Assembly (NCBI GenBank): GCA_963764165.1
Contig: CAVXRD010000001.1
Coordinates: 864,001 to 928,000 of the forward strand
Direction: 5' to 3'
Source of the DNA: an uncultured Verrucomicrobiae bacterium
GTDB taxonomy: Bacteria; Verrucomicrobiota; Verrucomicrobiia; Limisphaerales; Palsa-1400
Length of the DNA: 64,000 bases
This document shows positions 20,859 to 30,726 of this stretch, one piece after another. The translations under genes and the position numbers were made by a program. Positions within the stretch are counted from its first letter, which is position 1; each line of letters begins with the position of its first letter. The notes beneath the pieces are model-generated. The model ran no database searches. It was not told where the DNA came from and was given only the letters and a program-made list of their open reading frames with translations.

Positions 20859-21539
20859 TTAGAGTGATTTGGAGTTAAGATAGCGCACCGCCGCTTCGGT
20901 GCGGGAGCGGACGTGCATCTTTTCGTAGATGCGCTTGAGGTAGCTTCGGACTGTCTCGACGCTTAGTTGAGTTTGATCGGCAATTTCCTTGTTGCTGTAT
21001 CCCTTGGAGAGGAATTCCAGCAATTCATCTTCCCGCGCCGACAGCTTCACCGATTCCTCTTTGTTCTGGGAACCGCGCCGGAAGGATTCCACCACCCGCC
21101 GGGCAATGGCGCTGGTCATGGGAGCGCCGCCGCCAAGCACGTCCAGCAAGGCGGCGCGCAAATCGGCGGGCTTGGTGCGCTTGAGCAAGTAACCGTCGGC
21201 GCCCGCTTCCAGCGCGCGAAAAATCAGTTCGTCGTCATCCAATGCCGTCAGAATGATGGTGCGGGTTCCCGGCAGCAGTTGCTTCAATCGCAGCGTGCAT
21301 TCGATGCCCGACATCCCCGGCAGCAGCACATCCATCAAGACAACATCCGGCTTGATGGACGGAATCATTCGCAGCGCGTCTTCGCCGGATTCGCATTCGC
21401 AGAGGCATTTGAAATCGGGAAACGAATCGATCAGCCGCGCCCAGCTCGCGCGAATCTTTTCCTCATCCTCCACCAGTGCGATCCTAACCGGCGCGAAGGC
21501 CGCAGGCTCGGGAAGCGACATGGGAGTGGCAATGTGCAT
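20859..21539 (-). CDS. NarL/LuxR family response regulator (start uncertain)
   Basis: IALVEDE, MDVLLPGMSGI, ALEAGADGYLLK, LSAREDELL...YSNKEIA, SRTEAA. Confidence 0.93.
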   Translation of the reverse strand: MHIATPMSLPEPAAFAPVRIALVEDEEKIRASWARLIDSFPDFKCLCECESGEDALRMIPSIKPDVVLMDVLLPGMSGIECTLRLKQLLPGTRTIILTALDDDELIFRALEAGADGYLLKRTKPADLRAALLDVLGGGAPMTSAIARRVVESFRRGSQNKEESVKLSAREDELLEFLSKGYSNKEIADQTQLSVETVRSYLKRIYEKMHVRSRTEAAVRYLNSKSL

Positions 21540-21610
21540 AGCTCGCTCGATGTAGGCCAAAGAGTCCGGCCCTGTTCTAAATTTGTCCATACCCTCAATT
21601 GGGTGCGGCC

Positions 21611-23023
21611 TCATAAGCTTGTGGGTTGGGTGTCCATCTCCCCGTTGCGAATGAAATGCCAGCGATGCAGTCGCACGGACGGCAGCGGCACCTCAAATTC
21701 CATCCGGCAGCCCTCGCCGGGCGCGCTGTGGACACGGCATCGCCCGCCGAGATCCTCCATGCGGCCGGCCATGTTGGCCAAACCGTGGCGCAGCGGATCC
21801 GCGGCCGCCGCATCGAACCCGCGCCCGTTGTCCTCCACCACCGCCACAAGCACGTTGCTTTGCAGGCGAATCCGCACGGAGACCTCGCTGGCATTCGAAT
21901 GCTTGATGGCATTGCTGAGAGCTTCCTTGATTGTCAACAATAGGTTGCGCCGAAACGGCAAATCCAGCGCCAGCGCGGGCAATTCCCGCTGGATGTCAAA
22001 TCGGCATCGGACTTGAGCCGAGCGCAAAAAGGCCTCGGCGTATTTGCAAATGTATATGACGAAGTCATTGAGCGTGTCCCGCTGCGAGTTGACCACCCAG
22101 ACGACTTCGTCGATCGCGCCCAGGACGTTGCGCGCGCCATCGCAGATCTGGTCAAACTGGCCGCGGGCCTCCGATTCCAGCGGCAGCTTGCTTTGGGCTT
22201 CCTCTCCTGTCAATAATAATTGCGTCAGCCGCGCCCCGAGGTCATCGTGGATGTCCCGCGCAATCCGCGCCCGCTCCAGGCGGAGAAGCCGTTGCGCTTT
22301 GGATTGCATGGCCAGCTGCATCATCAAATAAATCGAAGTCAACGCGCCGAGCCCGCAGGCCGCCAGCACAATGATCTGGAACCATCCCCTTTCCCAGAAA
22401 TGGATGGTTTGCGGGAGGAAGGGCGGCAAACTGACGAAATGGGTTGGCTCCTTCCACCATGGCTCCTCACCCAATTGCCCGACGATAGTCACTGCGCGCC
22501 AATCGTCCGCCGCGCGCCGGCGCGATTCCCAGTGCGGGACGTCCGCCGGGACAATTTTCCACGATGTGTCCGAGGCAATATTAAAGCTCTTTCCGCTGTC
22601 TGAAACAATATGAAGCCCCAGTATGACTCCGGCTTTGTCATTGTCGTTAAAGCCTTCCACCGCCAGCACATGCGGTCCTGGATCAAGCAGCCAGGTCAGA
22701 TCGTAGTCGCTGACCGTGCGCCAATCGCTGCCCCGGCCAAGCTCGCGGCCATCCAAATACACGGTGAAGCCGTTATCCGCCGCCAGCAAAAGGTGGGCGC
22801 GGGACACTTGGAAATTCTTCGGCACGGAAAAACATTTCCAAAATCGGCACGTCTGCTTGTCGCGCGTGACGCTGTCCCACATCCATTTGCCGAGGTAATT
22901 CGTCGCTTCGCGCAGCGTTGAGGCTTGCGCGGAGCCGGAGAGGTCCGAGTCCCCGCCCCGCACCTTCAAGCCGAACACGCAAAGGAAAAGGCACAAAACC
23001 GCTGCAATTTTCGCGCGACGCAT
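21611..23023 (-). CDS. HisKA_3 sensor kinase with extracytoplasmic carbohydrate-binding-like domain
   Basis: Signal peptide; AADNGFTVYLDGRELG...YDLTWLLDPGPHVLAVEG beta-sandwich; TM; ERARIARDIHDDLGARL; KEALSNAIKH. Confidence 0.9.
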   Translation of the reverse strand: MRRAKIAAVLCLFLCVFGLKVRGGDSDLSGSAQASTLREATNYLGKWMWDSVTRDKQTCRFWKCFSVPKNFQVSRAHLLLAADNGFTVYLDGRELGRGSDWRTVSDYDLTWLLDPGPHVLAVEGFNDNDKAGVILGLHIVSDSGKSFNIASDTSWKIVPADVPHWESRRRAADDWRAVTIVGQLGEEPWWKEPTHFVSLPPFLPQTIHFWERGWFQIIVLAACGLGALTSIYLMMQLAMQSKAQRLLRLERARIARDIHDDLGARLTQLLLTGEEAQSKLPLESEARGQFDQICDGARNVLGAIDEVVWVVNSQRDTLNDFVIYICKYAEAFLRSAQVRCRFDIQRELPALALDLPFRRNLLLTIKEALSNAIKHSNASEVSVRIRLQSNVLVAVVEDNGRGFDAAAADPLRHGLANMAGRMEDLGGRCRVHSAPGEGCRMEFEVPLPSVRLHRWHFIRNGEMDTQPTSL

Positions 23024-23289
23024 AGAATGGCTGGCCTGAGATTAAAAAGCCTTTCCCGCACAAACGCAAGCGCGCATTCGGCCTGATAAAATAAATTTTG
23101 AACAGGAGTTTTCATGGACTGCGTCCACCACCCGGAATGAAAAGCCATTTTCGCTGGAGGAAAGGAAGTGAACGAAGCGGGGCAAATCGCCCCTCCCAAT
23201 CTGGCCCATTGCAGCGCAGCAGCCAAAGTTGATTGCCGTCAGGGCCATGCTTGACCGTTACGACGCGGTCACGTCCGCCCTCAACACTC

Positions 23290-23734
23290 CGCCCCGCGCC
23301 TCCGTCGATTTTTGCCTCCGGTCCCGCCTTAACAATCGATGTTTCGTCTGTCATGCTCCCATAATACCACATAAGCGTGTAATTACAATATTCATTGACA
23401 AACTGGGCATTTCGGCCTTATGCTTCTCCCTGTCGCCGCCAGGGCGTGTTCTTTGACATTTTGCGGATTCCCGGGTCTCTGGCGCGGGCTTGGCCGGAGC
23501 GTTTCAGTTCATTTCAGGGGGGCACGCCCGCCCCCGGGTGGGGACGACTGGCGCCTCGCCAGTCGCCATTGGCAAATTCGTCGCGATCGTCGGATGTGCT
23601 CCGCGCGGGCGCGGAACACGGCACGCGAGGCGCGTGCGCTCCCCAAATCCAAACTGAATCGTTTTGGCTTGGAAATACATCGTGACCGGGGCATTGCACC
23701 CTATTGCAGCCTATTGCACCTTGGGTTTTTCGCG
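23290..23734 (-). mobile_element. Dispersed non-autonomous element, homologous (inverted) to 49147-50178
   Basis: Shared blocks: TGCAATAG(G/C) tandem, GAATCCGCAAAATGTCAAAGAACACGCCC, and GGGAGCATGACA(G/A)ACGAAA.ATCGATTGT...ACCGGAGGCAAAAA. Confidence 0.65.
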
Positions 23735-23830
23735 AGGCTTGGACAGGGGTTGCCGGGTTCAAGAAAACGAAGAAGTCCTGGCCGCAATCGCCTTTACGCC
23801 ATGCAATAGTTGGGCCAAGCTGTGCATTGT

Positions 23831-24334
23831 ATGAAATCGTTGAAGGAAATTCTTTTGTGCCTCCTTTTCGCCGTGTCGCTTGCTCCCTGCGCAAAGGCTG
23901 GTGACAATGCCGCCACACTGATTCTCAACGGCAAACCGGCTCTTGTATTGACGGTTCCAGCCGACGCCAAAGTTTCCAACTCCAATGCCTTCGTCAAAAT
24001 CAAGACGGCGAATTGCACGGGCTACATCTGGCTCGTCCCTGGCATGAAGAGTGTCGCGGAAGCGGAGGCGCAAGTTGGCGAAATCATCAAGAGCGAGTTC
24101 GTCAAATTCAAAGTCAACGCCAGCATGGAAATGAAAGTTGGCAAATTGAATGTCAAACATATCACAGGGTCGGGCAACGAGGCCGATGACGGCGACCCGG
24201 GGAATGCCGAGGCGATTGTTTTCAAGGCGGGCGCCCATGTCTATGTCGCGTGCATCCACGGTGAAGCGGACGAAGCGGCGCGTGAGCGGGCGGCGTTCCT
24301 GGCCATCCTCGGGACGGCGCATGCGGCTGAGTAA
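23831..24334 (+). CDS. Secreted hypothetical protein
   Basis: Signal peptide MKSLKEILLCLLFAVSLAPCAKA; overlaps the probable ppk1 start. Confidence 0.7.
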   Translation: MKSLKEILLCLLFAVSLAPCAKAGDNAATLILNGKPALVLTVPADAKVSNSNAFVKIKTANCTGYIWLVPGMKSVAEAEAQVGEIIKSEFVKFKVNASMEMKVGKLNVKHITGSGNEADDGDPGNAEAIVFKAGAHVYVACIHGEADEAARERAAFLAILGTAHAAE

Positions 24335-26513
24335 CAAAAGGGCCGTCGTTGCAATCCCGGCAAACCGCCTCCGCTTCAAGCCCGGGGCGGGGGCCGCCGC
24401 GCATTCGCAACTCGAATCGCCGCGATTTTTGAATCGCGAGCTAAGCTGGCTCGAATTCAACCAGCGCGTTCTGGCCCAGGCCCGCGACCCATCCAATCCC
24501 ATCCTGGAGCGGCTGAAGTTTTTCTGTATCACCGCCTCGAATCTCGACGAATTTTTCCAAGTGCGCGTGGCGGGTTTGAAACAGCAAATCGAGAGCGCCG
24601 TTGTCACTCGCGGCGACGATGGGTGGACGCCGGCGGAGACATTGCGCGCGGTGCGAAATCGGATCCACCAGATGGTTGATGAGCAGTACCATTGCTGGCG
24701 CGCCGAACTGGCGCCGGAACTGGCCAGCCGGGGAATTCATTTCCTTGCGCCCGCGCAGCTTAACGAAGAGGACCACAAATGGCTCGAAGAATTTTATCGC
24801 AGCGAAGTCCGCCCCGTGCTCACGCCGCTGGCGCTCGATCCGAAACATCCGTTTCCGCAACTGCTCAATAAATCGCTGAACACGATTGTGGAAGTGGAAA
24901 TGCGGACGGGCAAGGAGAAGCTCCGCCACAAGGCCGTCGTGCAGGCGCCGCGCGTGCTGCCGCCGGTGGTGCAATTGCCGCGAGCGGACTCCGGCAGCCG
25001 CGACTACGTTTTTCTCGAGCAGGTCATCGGGCATTTCCTCGGCGATTTGTTTCCCGGCACGCGCATTCTGGGGCATTGGCATTTTCGCGTGACTCGCAAC
25101 AGCGAGCTTTACATCGACGAGCAGGACAGCGGCAATTTGCTGAAGGCAATTGAAAAGGAATTGCACAACCGCCGCCGCGGCGCCGCGGTGCGGCTCGAAA
25201 TCGACCACCAATGCCCGCCCAGCATTCGCAAAGCGCTGCTCGGCACGCTTTCGCTGGAGGCGGACGATCTGAATTTCATCGACGGCCCGCTTTATCCTTC
25301 GCGATTGATGGCGATTTACGAGGGCGATTATCCGCCCGACATGCGCGATGTTCCGTTTCGCGCGCCAGTCGCTGCCGCTTTGCGCAAGAAGGAGGAACTT
25401 TTCACAGCCATTCGCCGCCGCGACATTTTGCTGCATCACCCATACGAGCAATTCGAGAGCGTGGCGGATTTCCTGGAAGCGGCCTCCCGCTGTCCACGCG
25501 TGATGGCGATCAAGCAGACGCTCTACCGCACCGGCGGCGATACGCGCATCGTCGGCGCATTGATGGAAGCCGCCAGCCGCGGCAAAGAAGTGACGGCGGT
25601 GGTCGAGCTGCGCGCGCGCTTCGACGAAGCTAACAACATCCAATGGAGCCGCCGCCTCGAGGAAGCCGGAGTGCATGTGGTTTACGGCATGGTCGGCTAC
25701 AAAATTCACGCCAAAATGTCGCTGGTCGTGCGCAAAGAAGAAGACGGCATCCGCCGTTACGTGCATTTGAGCACCGGCAATTACAATCTCACCACCGCGC
25801 GCATTTACGGCGATGTCGGATTGCTGACGTGCGATCCCGATTTTGGCGAGGACGTCTCGAATGTTTTCAATCTGGTCACGGGCATCGGCCATTTCGTGCC
25901 GATGAAAAAATTGCTGATCGCTCCCTTTGAGCTGCACCAGCGCATGATGAGCTTCATCGACCGCGAAGCCGCGCACGCCCGGGCCGGAAAGCCCGCGCAT
26001 ATCATCGCGAAAATGAACGCTCTGGTGGACGGCGAAACGATCCAGGCGCTTTATCGCGCCTCGCAGGACGGCGTGAAAATCGATTTGCTGGTGCGCGGCA
26101 TTTGCTGCCTGCGCCCGGGCTGGCCGGGGTTGAGCGAGAACATCACGGTTCGGAGTGTGGTGGATCGTTTTCTTGAGCACAGCCGTTTGTTTTACTTTGA
26201 AAACGGCGGAAAACACGAATGGTGGGCAGGCAGCGCCGATTGGATGCCCCGCAATTTCTTCCGCCGCATCGAAGCCGTTTTTCCCATCGAAGACCCGCGC
26301 CTTCAACGCCGCATCCACGGCGAAATCCTGGCCATTCCGCTGGCGGACAACAGCAAGGCATGGCTGCTCGAACCAGACGGAACCTACAAGCTCCGATCCC
26401 GCAATGGAGAGGTGGAGGTTCGCAGTCAGTACGAATTTATGCGGCTGGCGCAGGAAGGGGTTGCGCCGCGAAAGCGGCGAGAGAAGCAGATCGTGGCGGC
26501 GCAAATTCCATGA
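24321..26513 (+). CDS. ppk1: Polyphosphate kinase 1
   Basis: NRELSWLEFNQRVL, NLDEFFQVRVAGL, LLHHPY, KIHAK, RFLEHSR, SADWMPRN. Confidence 0.97.
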   Translation: MRLSNKRAVVAIPANRLRFKPGAGAAAHSQLESPRFLNRELSWLEFNQRVLAQARDPSNPILERLKFFCITASNLDEFFQVRVAGLKQQIESAVVTRGDDGWTPAETLRAVRNRIHQMVDEQYHCWRAELAPELASRGIHFLAPAQLNEEDHKWLEEFYRSEVRPVLTPLALDPKHPFPQLLNKSLNTIVEVEMRTGKEKLRHKAVVQAPRVLPPVVQLPRADSGSRDYVFLEQVIGHFLGDLFPGTRILGHWHFRVTRNSELYIDEQDSGNLLKAIEKELHNRRRGAAVRLEIDHQCPPSIRKALLGTLSLEADDLNFIDGPLYPSRLMAIYEGDYPPDMRDVPFRAPVAAALRKKEELFTAIRRRDILLHHPYEQFESVADFLEAASRCPRVMAIKQTLYRTGGDTRIVGALMEAASRGKEVTAVVELRARFDEANNIQWSRRLEEAGVHVVYGMVGYKIHAKMSLVVRKEEDGIRRYVHLSTGNYNLTTARIYGDVGLLTCDPDFGEDVSNVFNLVTGIGHFVPMKKLLIAPFELHQRMMSFIDREAAHARAGKPAHIIAKMNALVDGETIQALYRASQDGVKIDLLVRGICCLRPGWPGLSENITVRSVVDRFLEHSRLFYFENGGKHEWWAGSADWMPRNFFRRIEAVFPIEDPRLQRRIHGEILAIPLADNSKAWLLEPDGTYKLRSRNGEVEVRSQYEFMRLAQEGVAPRKRREKQIVAAQIP

Positions 26514-28264
26514 ACGACAATTCGAGTTGGAAAACTCGGATTCGAGTTTTCAAAACAGTTACGCTTCTGGTTTTCTTGGTGTTCTCGGCATCTGCGCAAA
26601 CAAATGCTCCAGCCGGCAAGATTGTATGGTGGGGGCGAAATCAACGGCTCGGTTTTAACGACGCGAATGGGGTCGTCGAAAATGAGGGCGAAATAGTCAC
26701 GAACGCAGTCGCGGTTTCTGCGAATGTCTTGGGAGCTTTGGCGCAGACGAGTGATGGGAAGGTATTGGACTTTGAACTCCATCCAAACGATGAAAACAAA
26801 ATTCGACCCGGGTTGAGCAACGTTGTCTCCGTCGTGGCCGAAAGAAATTCCTCCTGGGCTATCCGGCAAGATGGAACAGCGGCTATATTTGGTGTCAGAT
26901 CTCCTGCCGGATTCGTTGGTCTTGAGTCAAATGTGGTTGCGAATCTGACGAACATAGCGTCCATCGCCGGGGCCGGTTCCCCCATGTATTTGGCGTTGAA
27001 AAGCGACGGGACCGCGCTCGGATTTCGTCTCGACAGTCCGCGAATTCAGCAAGTGACCGTTCGCGGTCAGATCCTCAGCAATGTTGTCGCATTGGCCTCT
27101 CTGGACTTCACGCCTCTTGTTCTAAAGAAGGACGGCTCCGTGTTACGCTTGGGATATCAGACGCCAGGCGCGCCGCCAGTGAAATCACGGGCTGAGACGC
27201 GCAACGGACACGTTTGCATAATTCTTGGTGGAGAGAGCCAAAACCTGCCCTATCAATATACCTCAGCCGATCCCGTGCTCATAAACGGACTGCCGTTGAC
27301 CAATGTCGTTGCGCTTTCAAGTGGCCTTGCGCTGAAAGCCGATGGCACAGTGGCTGGATGGAAAATGAATTGGGATACGGAATCAGTGGAAGCTGCCCCC
27401 ACTCCGGCTGGACTTCATAATCTGATTGCCATTGCCGGCGGGAATATGGCGCTAAAATCTGACGGCTCTCTTGTTTCCTGGGGAAATGACGGAAGTGAAA
27501 CGGCAGATGCTCCCTCCGGCCTGAGCAATGTTGCCGCCATTGCGGTGGGAAATGGATTCAAATTGGCCGTCACTACCGGAAATATTCCAGCGGGAGTATT
27601 TGTAAAACCTTACGGGCGATTGGAAGAAATGGCACGAGAGGCCGATGTCATTTTCAAGGGCCACGTCACCGCAAACACGAAAATGACAAATGCGAACATT
27701 CGCTCAATGCATTCGCTTATGGCCGCAGACGCGACAGAATTCGACATCATAAGCGTTTTGAAGGGTCCGCCTCTGGCCAAATTCGTTTTCCGGCATGTTT
27801 CCGGCATCGCGCAGTTGGGAGACATGGATCCCCCTGAATGGCCTGAGTTTTACAAATTTGAACCGGGGCAATCCTATTTGGTTTTTGCTGCGAAAAGCGG
27901 GAGAACAAATGGCGTGTATTCTTCTCCAGGAGTTCCGGATGATTTTTGGATGCTGCCATGCTCTACTCCCTACTGCCATCATGGTGTCATCCACACTTTG
28001 GACGCCCGCCCCGTTAACGGGCTTTCGGCAAGCGAGGCGTACTGGCAGGAACTGAAACTTCTCCTATACGATTCGAATCCCGAAAACGAATTATTCGCCA
28101 TCGAAAAGCTGGACCGCCTGAGCACACCTGAGCAAGCCGAAAAATGGCGGTATCCGGTTTCATTCAAACGCCACGATGTTTTAGGCCTGTTGTTTCCAAT
28201 GACAATGATCGAAAACAAAAAAGTCGCAAAGCGAGCCGCCAGTTGTTTTCCCAATCAAAAGTGA
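26510..28264 (+). CDS. Secreted RCC1/BLIP-II-like repeat protein with C-terminal domain
   Basis: Repeated L(S/T)NVVA...ALK(S/A)DG(T/S)V..W units; ATGA overlap with ppk1 stop; signal peptide. Confidence 0.75.
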   Translation: MNDNSSWKTRIRVFKTVTLLVFLVFSASAQTNAPAGKIVWWGRNQRLGFNDANGVVENEGEIVTNAVAVSANVLGALAQTSDGKVLDFELHPNDENKIRPGLSNVVSVVAERNSSWAIRQDGTAAIFGVRSPAGFVGLESNVVANLTNIASIAGAGSPMYLALKSDGTALGFRLDSPRIQQVTVRGQILSNVVALASLDFTPLVLKKDGSVLRLGYQTPGAPPVKSRAETRNGHVCIILGGESQNLPYQYTSADPVLINGLPLTNVVALSSGLALKADGTVAGWKMNWDTESVEAAPTPAGLHNLIAIAGGNMALKSDGSLVSWGNDGSETADAPSGLSNVAAIAVGNGFKLAVTTGNIPAGVFVKPYGRLEEMAREADVIFKGHVTANTKMTNANIRSMHSLMAADATEFDIISVLKGPPLAKFVFRHVSGIAQLGDMDPPEWPEFYKFEPGQSYLVFAAKSGRTNGVYSSPGVPDDFWMLPCSTPYCHHGVIHTLDARPVNGLSASEAYWQELKLLLYDSNPENELFAIEKLDRLSTPEQAEKWRYPVSFKRHDVLGLLFPMTMIENKKVAKRAASCFPNQK

Positions 28265-28374
28265 AATCGCAGCCACCAAATTGGGCCGCGGGCCTAAGAT
28301 GTTGCCGATGTGTTGCCACTTTTTGGAGATTATATAACTATTTGCAATAAGGTGCGTGAATAAAGCCCCACTCC

Positions 28375-28399
28375 GGACGCCTCGGCGAGGTGTCCCTAC
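28375..28399 (-). repeat. REP copy
   Basis: GGACGCCTCGGCGAGGTGTCCCTAC. Confidence 0.7.
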
Positions 28400-28408
28400 C
28401 TCTGAATA

Positions 28409-28831
28409 TTAGCGCGCTGAGGGCGCGGGTTGCTCGGCTTCGGCCAGCTTCGCCCCGCATTGGCTGCAATAGATGGCGGAAGGCGGGGATAGAAAGCCGC
28501 ATTGCGCGCAATTCTGCAACGCCCGCTCGTGGCGATGGTGAATCATCAAGTTGCGAATGTAGGGAATCCAGGTGAAGGCGTAGGCGAATATAAAAACCGA
28601 GTCGCGCTTGTAGAAGACGGCGTAAGCCAGCAACACCAGCGACCCGGCAATGCTCAGCCACCAGAAAAGCGCCGGCACGACGACTTGCTTGCGTTTTTCC
28701 GTAGCGAACCACTGCACAATGAAGCGGGAAAAGAAAATTCCGTTCCCCAGCCAGCCGACCACTTTCCAGACGCTCCATTCGACGCCGAGAAATTTTCCGT
28801 CAATCCAGGGAAAATGTTCCAATGATGGCAT
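28409..28831 (-). CDS. Lipid-A-disaccharide synthase N-terminal (LAB-N) domain protein with C-terminal zinc ribbon
   Basis: VGWLGNGIFFSRFIVQWFATEKRKQVVVPALFWWLS; YIRNL; CAQC...CSQCG. Confidence 0.85.
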   Translation of the reverse strand: MPSLEHFPWIDGKFLGVEWSVWKVVGWLGNGIFFSRFIVQWFATEKRKQVVVPALFWWLSIAGSLVLLAYAVFYKRDSVFIFAYAFTWIPYIRNLMIHHRHERALQNCAQCGFLSPPSAIYCSQCGAKLAEAEQPAPSAR

Positions 28832-28850
28832 CGTCAAGAAAGAATCTAAA

Positions 28851-30004
28851 TCATTCCGCCAGCAGCTTCCCGACCTTCCCGTTGAGATCTGAGCTGCCGT
28901 TGATGTCGCGCAGGTTTCCCTTCTTGTCGATGAGCCACAGGCCGGGACTGTCAACGTCAAGTTTCTGGACGAGTTTGTTGTCGCCGTCGAAATACTCCGG
29001 CCAGGGCATTTGATTTTTCGCGACGTATTCGGTCAGGCTGCTTTTTTCCCGATCCAGGCTGATGCCGATAATTTCAAGGCCCTTGGCGTGGTTCGTTTCG
29101 TAAGCTGCTTTGATCTCAGGCATTTCATCAATGCACGGGCCGCACCACGTAGCCCAAAAATCGATCAAGACCACTTTGCCCTTCATCTGGGACAAATCCA
29201 CTTCGCGTCCGTCGACAGCCGTGAACTTGAGATCGACGGGTTTGCCAATCTTGTCGAATTTCTTCAATTGCTCGACGGCGGAGCTTTTAAGCTCGTCGCT
29301 GGCCACGGGGCTGTTGGTGATTTCCTGCAAAATGACACGGGCTTTGGCTGGCTCCACGTTTCCGGCGAGATCGAGGAGCATCCCGAGAATCTCCGGGCGC
29401 TTCGGGAATTCCTTTTGCAACGCGCGGGTGTCTTTTTCGTATTGGGCGAGCACAGCGGATTCGCCTTCGGATTCCTTCGCCTTGGCCGCGCGCTCCACAT
29501 CGTTTTGGCGGATGGAGAAGCGTTCGTCCTCCGTAAGACTCGGATCGGCCAGCAGCGTTTTCTCCTCGGCGTCGAAGCGGGCTTGCTGGTTGGTGGCGCC
29601 CATTTGCAGCACAATGCGCGTCAGCTCGAATTCTTGTTTGCGCGCCTCATTGACATGAGTGTCCGCTGGAAAGCGCGTGTAGAAATCCTTTGATTTGTCC
29701 ATCAGCGCGAGCACGTAGGGCATGAAGAAATCGGTCTGTTCCTTTTCGGACGGCTTGTTGGTGCCCCAAGCGTCCGGGGGGAAGGAGGCTCGGAGGCGGC
29801 TTGCAATTCGCCCCACGCGGAGACGGCATTGGTCGCGGTCAATGCGTGCGCCAGCAAATTCGTCGGGGCGGGAACAAGCGCTTCCGGCACCGCTTTGCCG
29901 GGCGGCGACAACAACGCATCGGGCACTTGCGGCTTGTCCTGGGCGGCGACAACGAGCGCAAAGCCGAGAATGCCGGCGAGCGTGATAATTGTGGTGAATC
30001 GCAT
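28851..30004 (-). pseudogene. TlpA-family thiol-disulfide oxidoreductase split by a frameshift at a C6 run (29776-29781)
   Basis: Signal peptide in ORF 29702-30004; DFWATWCGPC thioredoxin domain in ORF 28851-30065; one extra C joins ...EPPSP-PDAWGTNKP. Confidence 0.75.
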
Positions 30005-30018
30005 AAATTAAACGTAAC

Positions 30019-30726
30019 TTACTCCAACGACGATTTACCCGCCAACGCCTGCCTTTCCAAGACAAATTTGGCCCGGCGCGGGTTGTTTGGCGCGTCGAAA
30101 TCGGTCTCGGCGGGATTTTCCTTTACGGTGTCTTTGACGACGTTTTGCTCCAAGCGCGCGATTTTCCGGGCGAATTCCAGCATGATTGCACAGGGTTCGA
30201 GGCATGGGATAATGCTTTTTCCGGCGGGTTCGTCCGCGCCGAGTCCCTCGACGGTCCAGAGTCGGCGCTTCAAACAAAAATCGGCGGCGCAACAGGCGCG
30301 AATTGCCGCGCCCGCGATCGCGTCATCGAGGCTGGTGGTGATGCGATACATCCCCGTCTGCCGTTGCATGAAAGCGCGATACGACGTCACGGGCGGCGAA
30401 TTGGATTGCGCGGCAAACCAATCGGGCAGCGCGCCCGGATATATATAATGCAATGCCATCTCAAACGCGGCTGGGTTTGCCGCTACCGCCCACCAGCCCA
30501 TTCGCAACGTTGGAGCCGACCGCAATGGACGGAAGGCTCCAGCGGCGGTGGTTTGAGCCCAAACGCGCAATTCCGTTCCTTTAAGAAGCTTCAGATTTTC
30601 CACGTTGACCGCCCGATCCAATTCATGCCGCAATTCAAATGCCCCACCGCGCCTGACAATAAGAATTTGCCCAAAGACAAGCTCCGTGTCCCACGCCGCG
30701 AGGAATGCGCGCAAATCGGGGTTCAT
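30019..30726 (-). CDS. DR2241-like Cys-rich (probable Fe-S) protein
   Basis: FRPLRSAPTL..GW, YPGA..DW, RQTGMYR, CC...CLKRRLW, IPCLEPC. Confidence 0.7.
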   Translation of the reverse strand: MNPDLRAFLAAWDTELVFGQILIVRRGGAFELRHELDRAVNVENLKLLKGTELRVWAQTTAAGAFRPLRSAPTLRMGWWAVAANPAAFEMALHYIYPGALPDWFAAQSNSPPVTSYRAFMQRQTGMYRITTSLDDAIAGAAIRACCAADFCLKRRLWTVEGLGADEPAGKSIIPCLEPCAIMLEFARKIARLEQNVVKDTVKENPAETDFDAPNNPRRAKFVLERQALAGKSSLE

